The notes under the pieces: generated by a model
Databases searched by the model: none
What the model was told of the DNA's origin: nothing
Seen by the model: only the letters and a program-made list of their open reading frames with translations
DNA from: Mustelus asterias
Lineage: Eukaryota
Assembly (NCBI RefSeq): GCF_964213995.1
Contig: NC_135818.1
Span: 88,040,001-88,104,000 of the forward strand
Length of the DNA stretch: 64,000 nt
Reading direction: 5' to 3'
In this document: one piece after another, positions 1-11,897 of the stretch
Layout: each line of letters starts with the position of its first letter
How positions within the stretch are numbered: position 1 is the first letter of the stretch
Made by a program: the position numbers and the translations under genes

Positions 1-83
1 GGCAGGCAGGAGGAGAGAGCAGTTAATAAAGCAGATAGTATTCTGGGTTTGATTAATAGGGGCATAGAATACAAGAGCAAGGA

Positions 84-730
84 GGGCGGCACGGTAGCAC
101 AGTGGTGCTGCACTGCTGCATCACAGCTCCAGGGACCCGGGTTCAATTCTGGCCTTGGGTGACTCTCTGTGTGGAGTTTGCACGTTTGCCCCGTGTCTGC
201 ATGGGTTTCCTCCGGGAGCTCCGGTTTCCTCCCACAGTCCAAAGATGTGCAGGTTAGGTGGATCGGCCATGATCAATGTGTAGGGTTACAGATACAGAGC
301 AAGGGAATGGGGCTCGGTAAAGTGCTCTATTGGAGGGTCGGTGCAGACTCAATGGACTGTATGGCCTCCTTCTGCACTGTACTGGGCGGCACGGTAGCAC
401 AGTGGTTAGCACTGCTGCTTCACAGCTCCAGGGTCCCGGGTTCGATTCCCGGCTCGGGTCACTGTCTGTGTGGAGTTTGCACATTCTCCTCGTGTCTGCG
501 TGGGTTTCCTCCGGGTGCTCCGGTTTCCTCCCACAGTCCAAAGATGTGCGGGTTAGGTTGATTGGCCAGGTTGGAAATTGTCCCTTAGAGTCCTGGGATG
601 CGTAGGTTAGAGGGATTAGCGGGTAAAATATGTGGGGGTAGGGCCTGGGTGGGATTGTGGTCGGTGCAGACTCGATGGGCCGAATGGCCTCCTTCTGCAC
701 TGTAGGGTTTCTATGTTCTATGTTCTATGT
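84..730 (+). mobile_element. Two tandem tRNA-derived V-SINEs (HE1-like; 84-381 and 384-730) inserted in a CR1 fragment
   Basis: tRNA-like head gggcggcacggtagcacagtggttagcac with B-box ggttcgattcc, V-domain gtctgtgtggagtttgcac...ctccggtttcctccca, CR1-type tail ending (ttctatg)n; CR1 sequence flanks both sides. Confidence 0.85.
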
Positions 731-769
731 ACGGATTCTATCAAAGATGACTTCTATCAAAAGTGTCTT

Positions 770-1325
770 GTATAAACTGAGCTTATACAAGACACTAGTT
801 AGACCTCAGCTGGAATATTGTGTACAGTTCTGGGCACCACGCTATAGGAAGGATGTGAAGAGAGAGCGCAGAAGAAGTTTACAAGAGTGGTTCCAGGGAT
901 GAGAAACTATAGTTATGAGGATAGATTGGAGAGATTGGGACTCATTAAAGAGAAGAAGGCTGAGAGGAGATTAGATAGAGATGTTCAAAATCATGAAGAG
1001 GCTGGACAGAGAAAGACAGGGAGAAACTGTTCACCCTCATAAAAGGATCAAGAACTAGAGGGCACAAATTTAAAGTGATTTGCAAAGGAAGCAAAAGTGA
1101 TGAGAGTAAAAAGTTTCACCCAGCGAGTGATTGGGGTGTGGAATGCCCTGCCTGGGAGTATGGGGGAGGCAGGTTCAATCGAGGCATTCGAGAGGGCGTT
1201 GGATGATTGTTCGAATAGAAACAAGGTGCAGGGGTCCGGGGAAGCGGCAAGGGGATGGCACTAAGTCATGATGCTGGTTTGGAGAGCCGGTGGGCCAACT
1301 GGCATACTTCTGAGCTGTAACGATT
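770..1325 (+). mobile_element. CR1 LINE 3' fragment (decayed)
   Basis: [19 protein letters not shown] motif typical of the CR1 ORF2 C-terminus; continues the fragment at 1-83. Confidence 0.85.
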
Positions 1326-1839
1326 GTGTGACTCTGTGGGTAGTTAAACAGGTCGTGGATGCAATGGTTTGATCTCCCAAAATTCTTTCGGTTCGCGAAT
1401 GTTCTCTGTGGATCGGAAAGCAGAAAACATACCACTGCTTATTTCGGAAAGGAGGGAGGGAGAAATCTTGGCATCAGGTAGCAGGGAAAATTCAACAATC
1501 TACTCATGAGGACATGGCAATGGAACACTTGGAAAATCTCAATATGATTAGCCAGAGTTGATACACTTTTTTTGGAAGGGAAATCATGTTTGGTGAATTT
1601 AGTAGAGTTTACTGAGCGTGTAACTCGGAGGGTAGAAAAGAGGCAATCAGTGGATATGAAGAAAATTGGATTTTCAGGAAGTGTTGGATAAAGTGTAATT
1701 AATGTAAAAGGTTATTGCACAAAATCAGGCTTTTTTGGATTGGAGATGAAATATTGGCATGGCTTTAGGATTGGTTAATAGACAGAAACAGAGGGTAGGA
1801 AGAAGCAGGTCACTTTTTTTTAAGTCACTCAAGATATAG

Positions 1840-2175
1840 GCATCTCTAGCAAGGTCTACAGTTATTGCACTTTAACTGAGTGGCTCGCTAGGCCATTTCC
1901 AAGGGCAGTTAAGAGTCAACCACATTGCTGTAGATCTGGAGTCACATATAGGCCAGATCAGGTAAGGACGGTAGATTTCCTTCCCTAAAGGACATTAGTG
2001 AACCAGATGGGTTTTTACAACAGTCCACGAGCATCTGTTTTAATTTTTAGATTTATTCAGTCACAGAATTTAGATTTCTCAGGAGCTGTGGTGGGGTTTG
2101 AACACATATCTCGAACTCATTCATACAGCTGTTTGAACTACTAACCCAGTGACATAACCACGATACTACCATCCC
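1840..2175 (-). mobile_element. tRNA-derived SINE of a second family (related copy at about 51880-52260)
   Basis: Shared body aagagtcaaccacattgctg...ggtaaggacgg...aaggacattagtgaaccagatgg in both copies; tRNA-like head on the minus strand. Confidence 0.6.
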
Positions 2176-2590
2176 CTGCAGCTGCAGCTTGGCAGGTTGT
2201 GACCAGTGAGCTGTTATAAGGAGCCGTATTCGGCTCTCTACAAGTTTACAGTTTATATCAGTGGCTTAAATGAGAAGGCTGAGTGTAACATATCCAAGGT
2301 TGCTGACGATGCAAAGCTGGTTAGGAAAGTATGAAGGAGGAATATGAGGAGGCACAGGACATAAGCAGGTTAGTGAATGGGAAAGAGGCCAGCAGATAGG
2401 GTATCATGCAGAGAAGTGTAGGGAAAATAGAATATTCTTTATAAAGGGAAAGTAAATGTTGGCATTCAGAGAGATCTCTATAAAAATTACAGAAAGTTAA
2501 CATGCAGGTACTGCAAGTAATTAAGAAGGCAGATGGTATGTTAGCCTTTATTGTAAGTGGTTTGAGGTATTAGAGTAAGGAAGTCTTGCT

Positions 2591-3083
2591 GAAAAGAGAG
2601 ACATGCTGTTGAAGCTTTTCATCTTACACTCATCAGAACAAACTCAAGAATGTCAATTTTCAAATGACCACAACAATTTCATACTACAGGACAAAAGGGT
2701 TCTGATTGATTGACAAGTCAACTCTGATTGGCCAAGACATTGTCATGGAGAAAGCAATGGGGAACTATAGGCTCCCCACGCTCCTGGGTAATTCAAAAAT
2801 GGTGGAAAGTTTAAACATATTCCTTTAGTTTGCAGACATTGGGTCCCTGTGTATGAATCTATGTCACTTCTAACAAGCGTAAATGAGCCATTTTATGAGC
2901 CAAGATTAGTTGTTACGGTAACGATTAGCACACTCAGGATTGTTCAGCAAGTGCTGCCCAATCGCAGAATCACCAATCAGCATCCTCCCTCCTATAGCAT
3001 AAATTGTTGTGATCTTTTGAAATTTGGTATTCTTGCGTTTGTCTTCAAGGTGAGAAGTTTCATCAACATGTCTGTGTTTTCAG
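2591..3083 (-). mobile_element. Penelope-like element relic with inverted terminal arms
   Basis: Minus strand reads DSAIGQHLLNNPECA...HLRLLEVT*IHTQGPNVCKLKEYV (GIY-YIG C-terminus-like); 2641-2690 is the inverted partner of about 2990-3045. Confidence 0.7.
2606..2641 (-). ncRNA. Minimal type I hammerhead ribozyme motif (Penelope-associated)
   Basis: Minus strand UUGUU-CUGAUGA-GUGUAAGAU-GAAA-AGCU-UC-AACAG: intact core, helix I UGUU/AACA, palindromic AAGCUU helix III, weak helix II. Confidence 0.55.
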
Positions 3084-3488
3084 AAAAATTTAACTCATGT
3101 ATTATTACTGAGCAACTACTCGTAAACAAGTCTTACTGCAATTATATATCAAGAAAACCTGTGCGAAAACCGAAGAAATTGTGTTTTTTTTGTTGGTAGT
3201 ATTCTTGTCATATTTTTAAACAATTAGGGAAAATGGATAGTAATTAAAGCAAGGGGCAGGGTGGCTGTAAACTGGGGGTTTGATATGTTACTGAGCTCAG
3301 CAGGACTTCAAACAGACATTTACCTAAGGTAATTTAATAAAGGTGATTACAGAGCATGAATAGATTTGAATGGGTTGTTGTGATTCGAAGGAGAAGGTAT
3401 GCGAGTTATGAAGGAAATGTATCATAGGTAAAGTATGGGCAGAGTGAGTTTACTTTTCTATTAAATTCTAAAAGCTAAAGTAAAGAGA

Positions 3489-3813
3489 TCATAGAATCCT
3501 ACAGTGCAGAAGGAGGCCATTCGGCCCATCGAGTCTGCACCGACCACAATCCCACCCAGACCCTTATCCCCAAAACCCAATGCATTTACCCTAGCTAGTC
3601 CCCCGACACTAAGAGGCAATTTAGCCTGGCCAATCCACCTAACCCGCACATCTTTGGATTGTGGGAGGAACCCGGAGCACCCAGCGGAAACCCATGCAGA
3701 CACGGGGAAAATGTACAAACTCCACACAGACAAGTGACCCAAGCTGGGAATCGAACCCGGGTCCCTGGTGCTGTGAGGCAGCAGTGCTAACCACTGTGTC
3801 ACCGTGCCCGCCC
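3489..3813 (-). mobile_element. V-SINE (HE1-like), CR1-type tail
   Basis: Reverse complement of the SINE at 384-730. Confidence 0.85.
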
Positions 3814-5143
3814 CACGATGAAATTAATCAAACCTGGGTGAGACCAGTTCTAAAGATCCTGGGTGAGATCAAAGAAAAATAATGCATTTAAGGAGGTACC
3901 AACACCTATGAAGGTGATCTCAGTAGACAGCCAGAATCACTGTCAAACACCCAACATGCAGTGTGAATGAAGCCAGATCTGAAAAGCCAACTGCTAGTAC
4001 CTCAGAGGTCTCCCCAAGAGAGAATTAAAGGCACCGTGTAGTAAACATTACCATATTTTAATAGATCTTAAAATCTGTCAGGTGTTGCTGAACAGATTGT
4101 GGAAGATTAGCTCTGAAGGTAGTTAAATTAAGATTATTTGGAACTGTATTCGTACTGTGTGAAGACCTTTTGTCTTTAGCATCTGCTACTGGTAGCAAAT
4201 TGCAAAACATAATCATGGATATTAAAATTGGCAGGGACAAGAGCTGGACACAAAGCACGCCCTCAGTGTTACACTCAGAAAAAACAAAAGCATTTGCATT
4301 TTCATAGGGCCTTTCACAACCTCAGAATGTCACAAAGCATTTTACAACCAATTAAATCCTTCCAACGTATAATCATTGTCTTTCTTAAGTGTAATTCTAT
4401 TTTATTTTATTGTTTCTTTCTCTTTCTTAATAAATCTTTACTTTGCTATAAAACCATGAGTAGTCGAGGAAATCGTTTCTGAAGTTCAAAACCTCTCCTC
4501 ATAATGTACAAATTGCACAAACAAACATGAGGGCAGTTGTTTCAAGTTTCCCTTCTGGAATATGAACAACTGGATATTTACCATGAGCAATAGCCTTACC
4601 AAAATACCTGGAGTGCAATTGGTCTCCATACCTAAGGAAACATGTACCTTTAAAAGGGTGTAATGAAGATTTACCAGATTGATTACGAGGATGAAAGGAC
4701 CGTCCTGCAAGGAAAGCTTTAGTAGAATAGGTTGATAGTCAAAGAATAAGAGGTGATTTCATGAAAACATAAAAATCTTATGGGGCTTGACAGAGAGATA
4801 CTGATAGGTTGTTTCCTGACTGGGGAATCTAGAACATGGGAGCACAATCTCAGGATAAGGAGTTGGCTATTTTGGATTATGGTGCGTGGAAATTTCTTTA
4901 ACTAAAGTGTTTGGGAATTTTTGGGGTTAGAGGGCTCAGTTCATTTACTGAGTATATTCAGGCTGACATCAACAGATCTTTGAGACCAATGTAGACAACG
5001 GGATCATGAATTATGTGGGAAAGTGGAGTTTCTGTCCAAGTTCAGCCATGATCTTATTGAATGGTGCAGGCTCAGGAGACCGGATGGCCGAATCCAGCTC
5101 CTATTTCTTACACTCTTATTATTTCTGCAAGTTTTTCACTCAC

Positions 5144-5215
5144 TCCTGAAACACTTGGTTCAGAGGATCCAAAGTGTGTCGAACTTTGCCTTTAGCATCT
5201 GCTGATGATGACAAA
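5144..5215 (-). CDS. PPP1R36: PPP1R36 putative coding exon 3 (72 nt, phase 2-2): (S)LSSSADAKGKVRHTLDPLNQVFQ(E)
   Basis: Acceptor tgtttttgttttgcag at 5216 and donor GA|gtgagt at 5143; open frame, phase-compatible with exon 2; protein similarity weak. Confidence 0.55.
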
Positions 5216-5674
5216 CTGCAAAACAAAAACATGGATATTAAAGTTGGCAGGAATTAAAGTTGGACAAGAAGCAAGCTCTCTGTCTTACACTCAGAGCAAA
5301 TGAAAACACTTGCATTTTATAGTGCCTTTCACAACCTCAGAATGTCACAAATCATTTTACAACCAATTAAATACTTCTAAAGTATAATCACTGTCACAAT
5401 ATAGGAAACAACAACTCACCAAACCTCCATCGATAGCACCTTCTGAACCCACAACCACTACCATCTAGAAGGACAACGGCAGCAGGCGCATGGGAACACC
5501 ACCACCTGCAAGTTCCCCCTCCAAGTCATTCACCATCCTGACTTGGAAATATACCACCGTTCTTTCACTGTCGCTGGGTCAAAGTCCTGGAACTCCCTCC
5601 TTATCAGCACTGTGGGTGTACCTACACCACATGTACTGCAGAGGTTCAAGAAGGCAGCTCACCACCACAATCTA

Positions 5675-6810
5675 AAAATACTGTATAGATGGAGCGTATT
5701 ATTTCAGCTATTTAATTTGAAGGTTATACGCCTGGCAGGAAGAGAGAACGTGATTGCAGATGCTTTATCATCACATTGATGAAGAAGGATGGAACATTCA
5801 ATGGTGGACAAGAAGGACTGAACTGGACCATGCTAACTGTTAGATTTGCATGCTTACATATAATAAGAGTAGTAGTAGTGTGCAAAACTTTTATTCGCTC
5901 CAACATTGGCAACTGTGCCTTCAGCTGCCTCCTTAAACCTCTGTATCCCACTTCCCTCTTTTAAGACACTCCTTAAAATTTATCTCTTTAACCAAGCTTT
6001 TGGTCACATGTCCTAATGTCTCTTTTTTCATCACAGCTCACTGCGTCCGATAAAACTTTGGAAAGTGAAGCCATGTTCTCACATTGTTAGTTCATGTCTT
6101 TTAACGGGGAGGTATAACAATATTAGTTGCTATAGATTTTTTATGTTTAAGGGCAATGTTTTGCAATTCAGATTTTTTCTACAGGCAGTCAGTATATCTG
6201 CAGGAAAAGCAGCTCAGATGCTGGGAGAGTAGCTAAATACTCATCCTAGCCATCTACTGTATACTTAGGAGAGCGCGAATGATTTTTTGTTTATAAATGA
6301 AGGTTTCTCCTGGGGTTTCTGATTAGGTTGATTGACAGGGTCATGTGATAATGTGGTTAATGGGAGGAGCTAGGTATGTAGCAGAGAAAAACAGCTTTCA
6401 GTTCTGGCTGGGGTTTGTTTAAAGTCAGAGGTCTGCAAGCTGCTCTGAAACGCAAAATCTCTCTCTGAAAGCATCAAGGCTGACTACATCCTTTATAGCA
6501 AGTATATTTATGGTTGCTAACTGTATTTAAAATGGGGTTTTAAGTCTGTAAGAGGATGTTGCTTACTTGGAACAGAAATTGTGTTGTTAGAAATTAAAGT
6601 TGTTTCCCTTCATATTTTTAACTATTGTTCCGCTGTTAAGTTGCTTCATTTTGTTAGAGTTATACTTAAACTGTGTTATTAAATAAAGTTTGTTTTTGTT
6701 TTAAAAGATCCCTAATTTGTCAGTGGAATTACTCCTGGAGTGAAACACCTTATCCTCACATTTTATGCCAAAATAGAAAAAATTATTAGGGTCTAGTCTG
6801 GCTTCCTGAT
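5675..6810 (+). mobile_element. 3' end of a Gypsy LTR retrotransposon (RNase H end, PPT, LTR), interrupted at about 5890-6055
   Basis: LYRWSVLFQLFNLKVIRLAGRENVIADALS* (RNase H ADALS motif ending pol, Gmr1-like order); purine tract ggggagg at about 6106-6112 followed by LTR-like sequence with AATAAA. Confidence 0.6.
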
Positions 6811-6992
6811 AAAGTAAAGTTTATTTATTAGTGTCACAAGTATCTTACATTCACACTGCAATGAAGTTACTGTGAAAATCCCCTAGTCGCCACACTCCGG
6901 CGTCTGTTCAGGTACACTGAGGGAGAATTTAGCACGGCCAATTCACCTAACCTGCACACCTTTGGACTGTGGGAGGAAACCGGAGCATCCGG
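6811..6992 (-). mobile_element. V-SINE 3' part with alternative (Rex/Babar-like) tail
   Basis: V-domain fragment joined to a tail reading ...cattgcagtgtgaatgtaagatacttgtgacactaataaataaac on the minus strand. Confidence 0.7.
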
Positions 6993-7556
6993 AATGTGGG
7001 ATTCTGGTCCAGTGCCCATACAAACTTGTACACAAAAGATCTTCCAAAAACTACCGCCCTTGTGATGATCTCCCTTGTAACTCAACTGCATTCATATCGG
7101 ACGCAGTGAGCTGTGAGAAAAAAAGAGATATTAGGACATGTGACCAAAAGCTTGGTCAAAGAGATAGATTTTAAGGAGTGTCTCAAAAGGAGGGAAGTGG
7201 GATACCGAGGTTTCGGGAGGAAATTCTTGCAGCCCAGGCAGCTGAAGGCACAGTCACCAATGTTGGAGCAAATTAAATTGAGAACGCACAAGTGGGCAGG
7301 ATTAGAGAAGCACAAAGATCTCAGAGGATTGTAGGTCTGGAAGAGATGACAAAGATAAGGAGGAGTGCGGAATGAGAATTTTAAATTGGAAGTGTTGACA
7401 GACAGAAATGAAAATGATTTTTGGACCAGACTGGACGGTGCACAGGGGCAAGGTCAGAATTTCCATCAGTCTTTTCCTGAAACAAGTGATTGAACAACCC
7501 TATAGGGGACGAAGGCAGCGGGCAGCATTTAGTACAGAACGGGTTAAATCACTTAC

Positions 7557-7621
7557 CTGACCAACTCGAGCGTGTTTGTGTCGTCCTTCCAGACCCAATG
7601 TGCCGGTACAGCGGCAATCAG
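7557..7621 (-). CDS. PPP1R36: PPP1R36 coding exon 2 (65 nt): LIAAVPAHWVWKDDTNTLELV
   Basis: Acceptor tgtgtttttgcag, donor AG|gtaagt; WxWKDxTxTLE matches recalled human PPP1R36 MWYWKDETRTLEF; syntenic position downstream of HSPA2. Confidence 0.8.
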
Positions 7622-8040
7622 CTGCAAAAACACACATAGCCCAATTTGGAAAATGAATCCATAAGATTTGCAACAGGGTATCACAAAATAAAGAATAAAA
7701 GGGTCAAGATATCAGCAATACACCCTTGTCTTGCCGGCCTTCTAGGATTGTCCTGGAGTCTCCAGGGATTGAAGATTAATCTTCTGGAGAATACTCGGAG
7801 CGAAACGCCGGAGAAAAATCACAGGAATATTTAACAAAACTGTGTTTCTTTTACTTTCTATCAAACCTTTGGTCTTTCAGTTGTATAAAAAAATTGGAGA
7901 TGTCTACAGTAAGTTGTTGGACAGCAAAGATTAATCCTATTGGGTACAAAGGGTCAGTTCTATTTCCATTGGCTATGAAAAGACAGTGTTCCTAGAGGAC
8001 AGCAGTGCCAGGCAGGGGCAATTTGAGCTTGGAGGTCAAG

Positions 8041-8730
8041 CATACAAAGAACAAAGAAGATTACAGCACAGGAACAGGCCCTTCGGCCCTCCAAGCCTTC
8101 ACCGACTATACTGCCCGACTGAACTAAACCCCCTACCCTTCTGGGGATCATATCCCTCCATTCCCATCCTATTCATGTATTTGTCCAGACTCCCCTTAAA
8201 AATCACTATTGTATCTGCTCCCACTACCTCCCCCGGCAATGAGTTCCAGGCACCCACCACTCTCTGTGTAAAAAAATCTGCCTCGTACATCTCCTTTAAA
8301 CCTTGCCCCTCGCACCTTAAACCTGTGCCCCCGAGTAATTGACTCTTCCACCCTCGGAAAAAGCTTCTGACTATCCACTCTGTCCATGCCCCTCATAATC
8401 TTGTAGACTTCTATCAGGTCGCCCCTCAACCTCCATTGTTCCAGTGAGAACAAACCAAGTTTCTCCAACCTCTCCTCATAGCTGATGCCCTCCATACCGG
8501 GCAACATCCTGGTAAATCTTTTCTGTGCCCTCTCCAAAGCCTCCACATCCTTCTGGCAGTGTGACGACCAGAATTGAACACTATATTCCAAGTGCGGCCT
8601 AACAAAGGTTCTATAAAGCTGCAACATGACTTGCCAATTTTTAAATTCAATACCCCGGCCGATGAAGGCAAGCATGCCGTATGCCTTCTGACTACCTTCT
8701 CTACCTACATTGCCACTTTCAGTGACCTGT
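8041..8730 (-). mobile_element. CR1 LINE 3' fragment
   Basis: ORF 8196-8771 KAYGMLAFIGRGIEFK...VRPHLEYSVQFWS; (ttctttg)n tail. Confidence 0.9.
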
Positions 8731-8914
8731 ATACCCCAATACTTCCCCTTTTTGAACTCAACATGGCCCAAACTATCTACACACCCTTCCCCAGACTCAT
8801 CGTCCTTCTCTTTGATCGATACTGACGAAAACTACTCATTTACATGCAGTTGACTCACCCATGTACTCGCCACAGGATTCCCAGCCTCTGCCCTGCTCTT
8901 GACGCCACAGTATT

Positions 8915-9415
8915 TATATTTGATTTGATTTATTATTGTCACATGTATTAACATACAGTGAAAAGTATTGTTTCTTGCACGCTATACAGACAAAGCATAC
9001 CGTTCACAGAGAAGGAAACGAGAGAGTGCAGAATGTAGTGTTACAGTCATAGCTAGGGTGTAGAGAAAGATCAACTTAATGCAAGGTAAGTCCATTCAAA
9101 AGTCTGACAGCAGCAGGGAAGAAGCTGTTCTTGAGTCAGTTGGTACATGATCTCAGACTTCTGTATCTTTTTCCCGAAGGAAGAAGGTGGAAGAGAGAAT
9201 GTCCGGGGTGCGTGGGGTCCTTAATTTTGCTGGCTGCTTTGCCGAGGCAGCGGGAAGTGTGGACAGAGTCAATGGATGGGAGGCTGGTTTGCGCGATGGA
9301 TTGGGCTACATTCACGACCTTCTGTAGATCCTTGCGGTCTTGGGCAGAGCAGGAGCCATACCAAGCTGTGATACAACCAGAAAGAATGCTTTCTATGGGG
9401 CATCTGTAAAAGTTG
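8915..9415 (-). mobile_element. Rex1/Babar-type LINE 3' fragment
   Basis: Reverse complement resembles the Rex/Babar RT C-terminal region at 59050-59300; tail ...tacatgtgacaataataaatcaaatcaaa. Confidence 0.65.
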
Positions 9416-9689
9416 GTTGGTCCAGTTTAGTTTCTGGTCAATGGTAGTCCCCAGGATGTTGATGGAGGGGGAATTCAGAGATGGTAATGTTGTTGAATGT
9501 TGAAGGGGAGATAATTAGATTCTCTTTGTTGGAGATGGTCATTGCTTGGGACCTCTATGGCACAAATTTTACTTGCCACTTTTCAGCCCAAGCCTGACTT
9601 TTGTCCAGGTTTTGCTGCATGCAGCATCTGAGGAGCTGCAAACGGTACTGAACATTGTGCAATCATCAGCAAATTCTGACTTTATTAGA

Positions 9690-10230
9690 CCATAAGACAT
9701 AGGAGCAGAATTAGGCCACTTGGCCCATCGAGTCCGCTCCGCCATTCAATCACGGCTGATATTTTTCTCATCCCCATTCTCCTGCCTTTTCCCCATAACC
9801 CCTGATCCCTTATTAATCAAGAACCTATCTATCTCTGACTTAAAGACACTCATGACCTGGCCTCCACAGCCTTCTGTGGCAAAGGGTTCCACAGATTCAC
9901 CACTCTCTGGCTGAAGAAGTTCCTCCTCATTTCTGTTTTAAAGGATCGTCCCTTTAGCCTGAGGTTGTGCCCTCTGGTTCTAATTTTTCCTACTAGTGGA
10001 AACGTCCTTTCCACGTCCACTCTATCCAGGCCTCGCAGTATCCTGTAAGTTTCAATAAGATCCCCCCTCATCCTTCTAAACTCTAACGTGTACAGACCCA
10101 GAGTCCTCAACCGTTCCTCATACGACAAGCTCTTCATTCCAGGAATCATTCTTGTGAACGTCCCCTGGACCCTTTCCAAGGCCAGCACATCCTTTCTTAG
10201 ATATGGGGCCCAAAACTGCTCACAATATTT
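9690..10230 (-). mobile_element. CR1 LINE 3' fragment
   Basis: ORF 9850-10188 LERVQGTFTRMIPG...RRNFFSQRVVNLWN; (tcttatg)n tail. Confidence 0.9.
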
Positions 10231-10854
10231 ATTATAGAGGGAAGGTCATTTAAGCAGCTGAAGGTGGCTTCGGATAATACCCTGAGGAACTCCTGCAACA
10301 ATGACCTGAGGTTGAGAGAGTTGGCCTCTGTAACCACAACCGTCTTCCTTTGTGCCAGGTATGACCCCAGCCAGCAGACAGGTTTCCCGATTGCCACGGA
10401 CTTCAATTTTCCTCGGGCCACACTCAGGCAAATGCCATTGATGTCAAGGGCAGCCACTCTCACTCACCTCACCACTTGAGTTCAACTCTTCTATCCATGT
10501 TTGGACCAATAAGGTTAGAAGCTGAGTGGCCCTGGTGGAACCCAGGCTGAGCGTCAGTGAGCAGGTTATTGCTGAGTAAGTGCCACTCGATAGCACTGCT
10601 GGTGGCAGCTTCAGACATCACAATGTGATTATCTTATAACAAACACAGATGCTGTTACTTATTATCAGCCAGTTTTCCATGGCATTGCCACATAGGAACT
10701 CAGAGTCATGAAGTCTTCAGGTAAACTGGGCTGAGAGGGAAGGATAGAAAAGAAACAGGCACTGCCACCTCAAAAAGGTCACTCCTTATTAAACAATCAC
10801 AGTCTACTCTCCTTTTATGTGACACGACATATTATTTGCAAAAATTATAAAGAT

Positions 10855-11005
10855 TTGTATTTCTATTGTGGTTTTCACAACCTCAGGATGTCTCAAAGTG
10901 CTTTACAGCCATTGAAGCTGCAGTAACTGCTGTAAGGTAGGAAACATGGCAGCTAATTCGTACCCAGCAAGCTCCGAGAAACAATGTGATAATGATCTGA
11001 TTTTC
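10855..11005 (-). mobile_element. DeuSINE-like (SacSINE1/AmnSINE1-type) 3' fragment
   Basis: Minus strand ...ggctgtaaagcactttgagacatcctgaggttgtgaaa resembles the recalled AmnSINE1/L2-derived tail; related pieces at 4290-4380, 5305-5410 and 24100-24170. Confidence 0.5.
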
Positions 11006-11461
11006 TTTTGGTTGAGTTTAAAGTTTTTCTAAGTTTATTTGTTAGTGTCACAAGTAGGCTTACATTAACACTGCAATGAAGTTACTGTGAAAATCCTCTA
11101 GTCGCCACACTCCAGCGCCTGTTCGGATACACTGAGGGAGAATTCAGCATAGCCTATACCAAAGTTGGGGAGAATTCCCCTGCTCTTTTTCGAAATATGG
11201 CGATGGTATCTCACTTTAACATCTCATCCAACAATAATGACCAGGAGAACTGATAGGAATGCATTAACACTAAGGCCCTCTGGTCAATCCAGCCTGTCCC
11301 ACACGAATTCTGGCATCTTGTACTCCTCACACCACCATGTGATCGCCTGGACGTGGTGAATTAATCCAGGGTGATATTAGGGCATGAGTTGGCAGTGTTT
11401 CAGCGATCCACATTTCTCCCTAATATTATTAATTAGAACAATCAGTCAACTGTATCGTAAT

Positions 11462-11897
11462 TGTGGTGTCACCAGGGGCTGTGTGCTGAAAGGGCAGAAT
11501 TTCCCTCCCAATATCCTCCAGTTTCTGGATAAGAGATATACCTACCAAGATGGAAGTCACATGGCAGACTGATGAGGAATCAGTGCACCGAGGATGGGCT
11601 GTACAGCCTTATCAGGCTATATAAGCAGAGTACTGAGCCCTGATAAAGGAAGAAGATCACTTGTGAATGAGAGGAACCAGCACTGGAGAGGGAAGGATTT
11701 GCTGTGTGTAGAACTGTGTGGAGAGTTAGGCTTGAGGAAGAGCTAGGTATTTATTTCCTATTTTTTCTGTTTTGATGAGTGTCTGAAAATCTTTAAATAA
11801 ACATTCATCTTTATATTGTATCTGGACAACTTTGAGTTATTGAACTGAGAGAACTCTACTTAAACTAGCAAAGTGCCCGGCCCCTGGTGACATCACA
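11462..11897 (+). mobile_element. Solo LTR
   Basis: TG...CA ends with a 16/17 inverted repeat (tgtggtgtcaccagggg / cccctggtgacatcaca), internal TATAA (about 11620) and AATAAA (about 11796), flanks taat/caat as a near 4-bp TSD. Confidence 0.65.

Noticed and set aside
384-460. tRNA genes at SINE heads
   Set aside because: The tRNA-like A/B boxes continue into V-SINE bodies and do not give a full cloverleaf.
11566-11600. CTGATGA hammerhead-like core in the solo LTR
   Set aside because: No stem II-GAAA follows and there is no helix I partner.
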